Notes under the pieces: model-generated
Told to the model about the DNA's origin: nothing
Database searches by the model: none
The model's input: the letters and a program-made list of their open reading frames with translations, nothing else
Position numbers and translations under genes: made by a program
Shown here: positions 52,701 through 63,317 of the stretch, piece by piece
Layout: every line of letters starts with the position of its first letter
Numbering within the stretch: the stretch's first letter is position 1
Assembly: GCA_976226885.1 (NCBI GenBank)
Contig: OZ320314.1
Coordinates: 41,912,001 to 41,976,000 of the forward strand
DNA: 64,000 nt
Direction of reading: 5' to 3'
Source: Iphione sp. A-MEVVRFRX5
Taxonomy: Eukaryota

Positions 52701-54740
52701 GCATAGTTGGGATGAAGAGGTGCAGGAGGAAGACTAAGAGGAGGCCCCCCTGGCCGGGCAGGGTATGCGGGCCCACAGGAGTCCTACCGGGGCCACTCAT
52801 CTACACACCTGTATCGTTTACTTGGCCCACATGGAGGAACGTCCGCCCAAAAAGCGCACTTCAAACAACCGACGCCGCAGGGCCTCCTGCCTGCATGCAA
52901 AAGGCAATTTACCTCAGGTATCAGGCTTCCCAGGCGAACGGCGCGTCCTTAGTTGAGATATGGTGCTTATCTGTGTGCTTCTCACTGCGACATGGAGCAG
53001 GACCCAAGTCGCAGGGAATCTCGGGCCTTGTTTTATGCTCCCCGCACCAAGTACCACTTGTAATAGTCCATCAGGGAGGAAGCTAAATTTAGCCCTAGCC
53101 AGAGATGATCTCTTCATCAACGGAATGACGGGCATTCTGTTTGCAGGCAGCTTCTCTTTGATGGCGGGGCTGTCTGGCGCTCCCCACATTCTCTGTGTTA
53201 AAGGTCTCAGGCGAGTCGCACAGTGAAGTAGTGAAGAGTTCGTAAGAGGAATGTCAAACCAGAAACCACATCTGCCGACCCTCGAATCATCCTTAATCCC
53301 CGCTCAGCCCCTCGATAGACTGCACACTGAATGGGAGCCAATTCAAGGGGAAGGTTTGTTCCTCGCCGTTTTAAACTGTAGACAAAGTTTGCCTGCTGCG
53401 CCTCGGCGTTGCCAGTGCCCGTTGATAAAGGCGCGAAAGCGCGTCGAGTTTCACTTTCAGGTGCGACCATGCAGGAAATCGGCGACGAGGAACAAAAAAC
53501 TGTCAATATGAGAGGGAAACTCGACACTAGCGCCCTCCATGCTGAGCCAATAGTGAGGACACCAGGGCAGCTGGATTTGAAGATCGAGCAGGAGAGGGAG
53601 GAGACCAAGGAAGGCAAGGAGAGGGCAACATGCTGCCAGTCGGACGTGGACTAAGCCAAGAGCGCGAATGATCCAGGCTTAGCTATGGTAGTTTTATGAT
53701 TACCATGTGGGGAGGGGGGAGGGAAGCGTACAGATAGGAAGCTCCTCCACCCTTATTGCATTATACAAGGTGAGGCGTAACTTGAGGAGACCCTACCAGA
53801 GAAAAGTGATCCATTTTTGAAGAGAAGGGTCGAGGAGCAAGGAAGGGCCGGTGTGTGTGGGGGGGGGGAGGCAGAGCTAGTAGACGCGGGGTTGGTTATG
53901 GACGTAGAATAGACCGGAATATAAGTGTTGTGTGCAAGTGAGTGCAAGAGAAGAAAAAGAGGCGGGGGAAGAAACGGTGCGGCCACGTGGATAAAAGGCC
54001 CGGGGATAAACACGTTCGGGTGGGAGCGGCGGAGGGAAGGTTAGAAAAAATAGTTGAAGAGAATATAGTGTTGTCGAATATGGAAGCGGCGAGAGGGAAG
54101 AAGCAACAGTTCAGTCTCGAGTAACATAAAAAGTGGGATTGGAAAAGGCGATGGCTGCCCGGGATGGAGATGTATGGTACATGGACGCATTGCACTCGTA
54201 AACCGGATGTGGGATGTAAGATGGACAATTAAAACGGATCAGATGATGTATGAGGGGGGGGGGAGTCCAAGGGGTGATGGTTACAAAAAGAGCACCTAGT
54301 TCGTTTTTTTTCAAACTTGTACCTCCATGGTATAAAAAAATAATGTCACGTGGGAAATGTGTAGTTGGAGACTTCATGAAAAGTGTGAGAATTTTGCAAG
54401 AGATGAGAAAAAAATACACTGAAAGATTGCTGACAAGTTACCAGACGGGATGCGATTTGTGTGGGAGCCCTCGGTTTGGAAGGGTACATAAAGAAGGCTC
54501 ATATCAAAAATAGGTGTACTTAGGGAAGTAAAGCTTACACATCCCTTCATTCCAGAGAAGGTGCCGAATAGATCAGAGTCGGGAGACTGGAGACTTAAGA
54601 GGCATTGTTCAATGAGGACTAAAGGGAAGCTAAGAGGAGGGTAATCAGGTTCAGCACCGGCCCTGGGGCTATGTTGATACCCTGTTTATGTAGGTGTGAG
54701 GTGTAATTGTGGCAGGGGCTAAAGGGGGGGAGAGTAAAGG

Positions 54741-54915
54741 AACCTTGGGAATGACACACTGGTATTTGCTGGATAGACGGACAATTACTCAAAGCGAGGT
54801 GCCGAAATGCAACAGGTGGCACAGGCTGACTCAGGCAAGAGTTGCTTCGTGTGCATAAATCAATGATATGGAAAGTATCTCTGACACCGGCAGAGCTGGA
54901 TATTTCTTCATGAAG
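54741..54915. repeat. Diverged dispersed repeat, family B copy 2
   Basis: aaccttgggaatgacacac ... aacaggtggcacaggctgactcagg ... ggcagagctgga blocks match 22577-22725; the DxGRAGxF block also matches 49680-49715. Confidence 0.55.
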
Positions 54916-57900
54916 TACGACGAAGAGTTGGGAGAGAATGAGAAAGGGAAACGGACAGACAGACATAAAGAGGCAGACCAGACCGACAGGCAGTGGCAGA
55001 ACTAAAGAAAAAAGAGCAAGTGTGCATGTATTGAAAGGATGTAAATAGGAGGTTAAAAATGAAGAATGACGGAAAGTAAATAACTGAAAGCCTGAGTAGA
55101 ATTTATACGGAAGGATTTGGGAAAAGAAGATTGCATATGACCTTGAAGCAGAAAAAAAACAAATGGGAGATAAGGTAAAACCGTGAGAGCGGCAGCACAA
55201 AGCACGCAGTAAGGCCCCAATGAACAGATTATGTATACATGCAGGCCCTTGGAGAGTAGATGGACAGCAGGAGCCTCGCCCAGTACTTCTGGTGATGCAT
55301 AAAGTGAATGATGGCCATATTTATTTGACACTCTGTACCGCGGTAATGTCTGCTGGTGGAGGTTGAAGCAGTGACTGAATGCTCTCCCCTGGCTGGCTGG
55401 TGGAGGTTGTGGTGGTGGCGATGGTCGTGAGGGTTGGGGGGGGAGGGGGGGGGATAGATCAGCCGACCTGACCGCCTGCTCAAATAAACCACCCGCCCGT
55501 CAGGGGGAACCACTGGTAACCCAAGCCGGGCGGTGCGAATCGCCGCAGCTTTACAATGGCAGCATCCCGCGCTGATGACATGGAAAACGAGTCAGGATGA
55601 TCCAAAGTCAAGAATAAATACATGATGTGTAGTACGGCAGCGGTGGTTGTGTGGTAGGAGGGGTTATGTGGTCGACGGGAGGTGGCTGGGTGGGGGGAGG
55701 TTGGTACTGTGACGCTTGCTGGTTGCTTCTCTTTTATGTGTATGTGTCCTCACACATCGTGGGAATGGGTGAGGTTCGGTTATGAGCCTGGTCGTCAGAC
55801 CATTGTGGACGATTTCCAGACAGTCGAGGTACAGGCAATTGAAAACTGAATGCTGAAAGGTGATGATATGTACTTATCCTAAGAATATGTAATCAAAACG
55901 AGCTTCATGTACGATTCTCCTATTTCAGAAGGTGTTACCTCATACTTGCAATTAGTTGTCCTGAAGCATGGTTGTGGAAAGATTATTTTCTCATACCTTT
56001 ATACCATGTCCTTTTCTCTTTTGAATTAATCCCAAACTATTACCACAAAGTAAAAATTATAATGTATAATAGTTCCCTGTACACATTCATCTACTACAAA
56101 GAGGCTGTTTGTAACACAGAATTACTAGTAACTTCTAAGAATGTCTATAACATAATGTATATATTTATAGCACATAAGTCGTGTGACCTGTCTTTAAGTC
56201 ACACATAAAACAGTTCTGTCAATTTCGGTCTAGCCATCTACTTCATATAGTAGAAAGCCTCTAATCGGGACACCCTTGGTTCTTTCCCAAACTGTCCCTA
56301 ATAGAGATGTGTCCCTATGAGAGACTTCTCTTAATATTTAGAAAAGGTAAACTGTTCACCTTAAAGCCCTATCAGAGACCCCCTATGGTTGCCTTGTACT
56401 CTACATCTTCGGACCTGTTCTGTCTATGAACATAGGAAGTAATGCTTAATAAATTACTTGAGCGTCATCTGAAGCGCCCATAAGTCTTTATGGGTATGTC
56501 TTGAAGAGTTTGACAGGTTACTGTAAAGATTCATACAAAAGGGGCATTCGTGCATATATTTCCTTTATTTCTCAAACACGAAATTCTGCATTGCCTGCCT
56601 TTTCAATTGTTTCCTTTAAACTCGTCCAAATTACATTTCGTTCTTTTTAGCAACCTATATCAGTCATCCCATGGAAAGTTCTACACATCATAGTTGTAGC
56701 TCATTAGGATAAGGCAAAGTGCTACGCCTTGTAGGTGTAAAAGGGGGCTTACACGTCTCAAATAACTCCGTTTTAGACAACAACTAATGTGCCAGAAATA
56801 GCAATAGTGCATGTAGTAGAGAACAATAATGCAGGGCAATTTTATCAGATGCCATTGAGGGCTTAGATTGTCAGGACCTAAAGTTATGTACACTTACCCT
56901 TGCAACGGACATCAACAAAGCCCCACGTCACCAGGTGGAATATAGGCCCAGTACAAGTTATTAGTAATCAGCAAAAGTAACGAGTGATCCATCATACAAG
57001 GAGTCGAAACTACACCTGATCATGATTGCTTACACCAGCCTAGCTGTTATCTTGGGACTTTGACGGATATGCCTTGCGTACAGTAAGCAGTATTTTTTAA
57101 AATCTTGTTTGTTTACTGGGGGTGATATACATACATGCAATATATAGGGTCCAGCAGTGATAATTGAGATGAAATAAATGGGCTTCAAGAAACTAATTTC
57201 CAAATAAAACAAAACTTATTCTTATCAACAAGTTGAAATAAGGAATATCGTTTCTAACTAATTACTACCTATAAGTAGTTTAAAAGTTGGATAGCCATAT
57301 TGGTTCTCTCCACGTGTACTGTTGGACATTTCTTTAAGTTCCTCTTGTCATAGTGTTGGATCTCAGAAATGCATAGGACAATTAATGCGCCTGCGACGTT
57401 CGCGTCATCGCATTACTTGAAGACAATTAAACGTAGATATAGAGTGAACGTGGCCGAAATGGCACAAAATCCCTGTGGGTCTCCTACATAGTGTATAAAC
57501 ACTGATCACGAATGACCGTGCACGTTAGATTAGCGGAATCGCGCACGCTAGTGAAGAATAAGGATTGCCAATAAATACTAATTTTCACATGCTTCTTCTG
57601 GGTAACGTTAACCTTGTGAGTATTTAAAGAGCAACTTTCAGAGATCTTCCTGGATACATTCAATTTTCTCAACGTCAGTTTAACTCCTTGACAAGACTCA
57701 ATCTAGTTTCTGTTAAAATTATTATATTCTTGCAAATGCATATCAATAATGTTAAAATTGCGGCATTTGTTTCTAATACTAGTGAAGCCTCAATTTCTGT
57801 ACACTTGATATATCAATCTGTTTCATTCCTGAACGAATTTTGCTGGTAATACAGGAAAATAAAAGTTGATATAAAATTGCCACCATGTTTGAATGAAGTA

Positions 57901-58122
57901 AATATACTCTCAGCAAGTGTGAATGAAACAGTAGTGACAGTAGGTTTTCGCCATACAAACATGCAAACAATACTAAGAAACTGCATATCTCATAAATGAT
58001 GTAAAATTGAGTCAAAACAGCAGCAAAGGACATGGATATGTATAGAACAGGTTAAATGGACATGTATAGGACAGTGAAATACAGATTTAGGTTGAATTTC
58101 CTTGGAAGCATGTTTTCACGGC

Positions 58123-58577
58123 CAGGTATTCATGGCTGGGTTCCACTGTTTTCACGGCAGAAGTAAATCATCTGCACCAAAAAAACCCAGTTGTGAAAAC
58201 GCCAAATTTGGCACAAAAATGGTAAAATTCACATAAATTTGGCCCCCAAATGGCAAGATTCGTGCAAATTCAGGCAAGAAAATGGCAAAATTCATGCCAA
58301 TTTGGTGAAAAAGAGCAAAATTCATGCAAATTCAGTTGAAAAATGGACAAATTCCTGTCATTTTTACTGAAAATGGCAAATTCAGGCAAAAAAGCAAAAC
58401 TGATGACGAGAATTGAGGAAAATTGAGGAAATGTGAAAAAATATGCAGTTTTTGTCATGAAACATGGCTATCAAATCTTATTTCAAGCCCACTTTCCTGA
58501 TACTGCTAGGGAAAACATCGCCATGTTTCCATGAAAATGGGGAACTTTACCAATCCAAAAACATGGCAGAATCCCTG
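58123..58577. mobile_element. MITE-like element with internal ~30-bp repeat array
   Basis: Right end ...CATGGCAGAATCCCTG loosely mirrors left CTGGGTTCCACTGTTTT. Internal repeats of aaaatggcaaaattcatgcaaattcag type at about 58200-58400. Confidence 0.5.
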
Positions 58578-58930
58578 TAGACAATAAGCATAAATCCATA
58601 AAATTCACACTGACATGGTTGTGAAAATATGTATCTGAGGAAATTCAACCATATGTAGAATTAGGAAAATTAGCTACAAAGATTTAGTTTCTAAAACTAA
58701 AGCAAAAATAAATTCACTGAAGTATGTGTGGTAATGGAGATGTCCTATGGGCCTTCTTTGGAGAAGCTATCAATGGCATACTCTCATACTTCCTGTTCCA
58801 ATCGCACACATGTACATGTACAGTCAACTCAACTGAGGAGACCATCTGTAGGACTGGAGAATTATAGTCTGTGATGTGGTCTGGTTTCTTCTGTGGTCTC
58901 TTTCTATACAGAAATGTATTTTTTTGGTAC

Positions 58931-59267
58931 TGTAGCCGCTGCGTGCGGCACTTAAGAGCCGCCCCGGGCCGCATGTTGGAGCCTCCCCGCGAGGCATTTT
59001 GGGAGCCCAGCCATGCGGCTTTCTAGAGCCGGAACGTTCGGCTTCCGGAGGGATTCCGGCTCGTGCGGCTTTGTGTGGTCGGCCTGGGAGAGGGAGTCAC
59101 ATTTCTGTATAAATAGAGAGCCCCCTCCCAGGCCCAGGCAGTTGTGTATTTGCTCTTGCACTGTTAACACCTACTTCCGATATTCTCTGATTGTTATTTC
59201 CTTCAGTAATAAACCTCGTTAACCTTACTCAGTGTCATGTCTTGGCTACGGAACGGGAAACGTTACA
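58931..59267 (+). mobile_element. Solo LTR of an LTR retrotransposon (Gypsy-like), 337 bp
   Basis: Begins TGTAGC and ends GTTACA (TG...CA with short terminal inverted repeat). Exact 4-bp TSD GTAC at 58927-58930 and 59268-59271. TATAAATA at 59108-59115, AATAAA at 59208-59213. CpG-rich against an AT-rich background. Confidence 0.85.
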
Positions 59268-60442
59268 GTACCATCAATACCTGGTCAGTCTGATCTCCTC
59301 TGTTGTCTGGTCTTTAATGAGAGTCAACTGTACACTGAGGGGTAACCAAGCAAAGGGACGGGACAATTTTGCTCATCTTGCTGACATAGTTTTCCCTAGT
59401 AACCAGAGGTATTATGGAGTGTATCTGCTGATAAAGTGGCCCTGTTAAACTGCAGTAAATTACATCACAGGCCATCCAAAATGTCTTATTTTCTAAATCT
59501 AACCAAAAAAGATTTGGTGAAGAATTGTCGCCACTAGACAAGTGCTAGGTGACTGAGCTTGGCGTTATGAACAATGAGTTACAGTGGAAATTAAGCAATA
59601 AATTGTGTCTGTTCCTTCATGTGTTCGCACCTCGCAGTCATCACGATCAGACCATGGTTCTCGTCTCACCCAGCTCTCCACCTCTCAAGGTGCCAGGTGA
59701 ACGGTCCTCTTTTATGTATTTGCACCTCTCGGTTTCTTGGGTCACACCCATACACATCGAGGTGTGAGCTCAAGCCACTTTCATCTGGTCGTCATCCATT
59801 GTGTCTGGCCTACCAGGTGTCTGGTTGCCTCTGGCATTCAAAATGGCTGTTTGAGGACTGAAAAACGTGGTCTCCATCACAGTTTGGTCACCCCGCGGGT
59901 CCCCCTTATATAGTCAATGTATGGGAAATTGCTTCGGTTTCCTTTCTACCTCCCAGTTTGTTCTTCTCTACAGTCTGGTCCCTATGCGGGTGTGAACCTT
60001 ATATAAAATCAGTTAGGTGGCCTAATTCTGTCGAATTTACCGCAGTTCTCATCTTAAATCTTTTATGACTATAATATTCAACAACAGTTGAACCCTACCC
60101 CCCAAATCGTTTAACCCTTTAGGACTCTGCATTGTAGAGTTAGGTCTGGTTTCCATTACATTGGAACTATCCATGTGCATGTCCATATGTATTATATGGG
60201 CAAAGGCTCCCATATGTGCATAGATTTCTGTGTACAACCATGTGTTCAGCATGCATGGGCAGTTTTCAGTATATGCTCAATAATTTTCTGCACATGCATG
60301 CTATGTGGACAGTCATGCATGGTGATTTCTTCATATTTACTAATTTTACTCGTAACCGCACATTACTATACTTTACCACACATTTCCACATAACTTGATC
60401 TTTTTCTGGAATTCTCCTGATCATTTTTGCTGCTTTTCAGCA

Positions 60443-60560
60443 GAGTTTCCATAAAAAAGTGTCTTTAAGGTGAGTTTCTATGAAAAAGGCATTTTTCAGG
60501 TGAGTTTCCATGAAAGAAGCCAATTTCTGGCCAAGTTTCTATGAAATGTGCATTTTTTGT
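60443..60560. repeat. ~30-bp tandem repeat, 4 copies
   Basis: (g/a)agtttc(c/t)at(g/a)aaa recurs at 60443, 60472, 60502 and 60533. Confidence 0.75.
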
Positions 60561-61027
60561 GCTGTTTTTGCCATTCTTCCTTTGTGTCTCCCACCTCACA
60601 CACTGGCCTGCACTGGCCCACATTGGCCCACACTAGTCTACAGAGTACACCCCTGTGTGTGGCCTTCCGGAAAAATGATTTTGCAAGGCTATGCACCGGG
60701 ACGGTACACTTTCCACAGTCTTCCACAGATATGGAGACTGGGTCTTAGTGCAGCAGAGTCTTTTTCCATTTAGTATAATTTTATTATTTCGAAGACCCCA
60801 AAACTTTGGAATTGTTTGTATACATTTGCCAAGATTCGTAGTAACGAGAGGTGACTGTTACAGCTGAAATCCATGTTTTGTCTCCCTAGTGTTCTTTTAT
60901 AGTTGATCCTATGCCTGAATATATGACTGGTCATCAATGATCTGCACTGATTCATGACTACAATATATCGTTCAAAAAATCGAGAAGTATTTTGTTTCCT
61001 CCGAACTCTATTTCCATGTCCACTTAT

Positions 61028-61093
61028 TCTCTCTCTCTCTCTCTCTCTCTCTGCTCTCTATCTCTCTCTCTCTCTGTCTCTCCGTCTCTCTCT
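61028..61093. repeat. Imperfect (CT)n microsatellite
   Basis: Directly visible interrupted dinucleotide run. Confidence 0.9.
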
Positions 61094-61372
61094 CACATAC
61101 GTACGCGATCTTTCCTTTTCAGCGTACGTGTACTTGGTTTGTCTTGATTTCATTCCTTTCTTTTTTGACCTATATCGCGTTCAAATGGCTAGATATGACT
61201 AAGATAGCTACAGATTCAACGAGACCAGTTGTGGAATATTCACAAAGGGAATAAATTCACACACATGTGATTGGTTAGAAATACGCGAGGATATTTCCAC
61301 GAGCACACAAAACGTCTTCCCTCTGTAGTAACCCTCTTTGCTTCTGTGCCCCTCCCGTACCATCTTAACCAT

Positions 61373-61563
61373 CCAATCACGTGCTACCCCTTTCATCTGC
61401 CCGGTCTTTTTTTTATAAGCCGCGTGATCTAACGCGTCTGAAAAAGGCGCGACGCTCATAACAATCACTCCTTTCTCCCTCTCGGGAGGATTTGACGTCC
61501 TCTGTAGGACAGAGAGATAATCCTTAATATCGCTCAGCGTGACGTAATCATCTAAGAACCAAT
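61373..61563. promoter_or_regulatory. Candidate intronic promoter/enhancer: CCAAT boxes, E-box and CRE-like sites
   Basis: CCAATCACGTG at 61373-61383, TGACGTC at 61493-61499, TGACGTAA at 61540-61547 and CCAAT at 61559-61563, in a CpG-containing patch. Confidence 0.3.
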
Positions 61564-63065
61564 CACTGGCGCCCGCTCAAAAGACGGGTGAGCTGATAAG
61601 CGTTCGTAAGAAAACGAAGTAAATCATTGCAAATGTGAATCACATGTAGCCTCAACTGGAGGTTGTGCAAAGTACAGGGGCGCCAAACTCTATTTTCCTT
61701 CAATGGGAAAAAAATACATGTACAGTTATCTTTTCATAACTGTTTCAATTGAGTTTAGAAAGCAATGTTTCTTTGTAGCACGGCAAGACCTCTGCGTGAA
61801 CAACTACATGAGTAAAGAAAAATGTGGTAAAAAATAAGTGCGTTTCACTTTCTCTTTAGATTGGAATGGAGGGAAATAAATTACAATGAAATTCCTCAGT
61901 TCCATAGATATGTGGCCTGACATGACTTCCGTTCTATGCTATAGCTGAACATCCGTACCTAGCAAAAGACTAATTCGCTGGCATTTTATTTAAATTGGTC
62001 TGTTTGTGGTCTTTTAAGAAACTCCACCGCACCAAACCTGTAATCGTATTAACTAATATTAGCAGCAGACAGATAACATGAATTTTTCCGAAAGTATTTT
62101 GTGGTGGTCCTACGGGGAGTAGCTATCAACAGCTGTATAGTGCACAGCTTTGATAGGAGGAGAAGTGCATGGCCGATGACTGTTTCCTGGTTTAGCCTTA
62201 AATATATTGATCGTGATGGTCTCAGACCAATTACTAGCGCGACAGTCCTTTTCTAGGGAAGTTTCTCTTAATTTGACATTAAGCTCTCAAAGGACAGTCC
62301 CTAATAGGTCCATGTACCTGTTGACAACCTAACACCTGAGGGTTGTCAACAATACGATTGCAATAATCTCATTTTAGGCCGTAAAACTTTTTTTGTCCTA
62401 CTAATACATTCATCACATCCACCAAAGTGTCAAAAGTTTAGATAGAAAAGTACGGAGCGACCTTGCAAAAAATCATTAGTTTATTGGAATTTTTCCCATG
62501 CGAAGCTAGGCATGCGATATTTAAGCCTCGGGGAATGGCGTCGTTACCCTGTTCTTAAATGTCGTCGGCCCCGTGACCTTTGGAAGGTCAGATCAATGAC
62601 AAACGCCACAGGCCTGTATCAACAGATCAAATCAGACCTGGGGTAAACGGGGGGACCGGGAGGGATATTTACGGGGTCTTGGATAGACTCGCAATTTTCG
62701 GGCTCAATTTAGACTAATGGATTATTTGAGAATCACCAATGCGGTCCCGAGAAAATGATAAAGTGACGGAACTGAGTTCTTGGGGCGGATCACTTCCAGT
62801 TCGAGATCATGCGTCAGACGTAAACAGATAAATGGTAATTATAAAAGATGGGTACGAATGTAGAGAAAGCGTTTGAAATGATAGGAGTGTGGTGCATCAA
62901 TAAATAATATCTACGGCAAATCTGACATTTCAGGGTATGTAAATGTCTATGAATGTGGAAGACGAATAGAGTAATACTGAAAACAAAATAATATCGGGCA
63001 AACAAAGTGATTTAGACTAGTGATTTATGACGAAATAGCGCCTAGTTAGATTGTATCCTACTCAC

Positions 63066-63317
63066 CAGAGGATGAAGTTTGCCGACCCGCTGCGATATGG
63101 GGTCATTGGTAACGACCTCGACCTTGCAGAGGTCGCCATCAGGGACGCTGAGTATGAGGTCGTGAGGGTGGACGTAGGCCACGCGGCCCTTCTGCACGCT
63201 CAGAGGTGCGTTTTTCTCCACCATAAGCCCGGTGGCCAGGCTGAGCATCAGCAGCGACAGCGACATCGGCAGGAGATCCACCATCCCGCAGCAGCAGACG
63301 CTGCGGCGGACAATCAT
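63066..63317 (-). CDS. FREM1: FREM1 first coding exon: signal peptide and start of NV region
   Basis: Hydrophobic signal LLPMSLSLLMLSLATG followed by LSVQKGRVAYV...CKVEVVTNDPISQRVGKLHPL; donor GTGAGT at 63065 (phase 0) joins exon 2. The start could be ATG 63317 or ATG 63284; there is an in-frame stop upstream. Confidence 0.88.

Larger units (their letters stand above)
1..63317 (-). other. FREM1: FREM1 (FRAS1-related extracellular matrix protein 1 / QBRICK)-like gene span; 16 coding exons, 3' end truncated by window edge
   Basis: Exon phases are mutually consistent across all 15 introns (0,2,0,2,0,0,0,1,2,1,1,0,0,1,1). Domain order NV - 12 CSPG - single Calx-beta - CTLD is diagnostic of FREM1 rather than FREM2/3 or FRAS1. 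Peptides CKVEVVTNDPISQRVGKLHPL|VFDCRF and CTKDTKGLLYFDLKTARMFRCNGLAW match recalled vertebrate FREM1 ([53 protein letters not shown]). Confidence 0.93.

Noticed and set aside
55440-55515. WW-domain-like PDGRVVY peptide on the minus strand
   Set aside because: It lacks both signature tryptophans and has no splice support.
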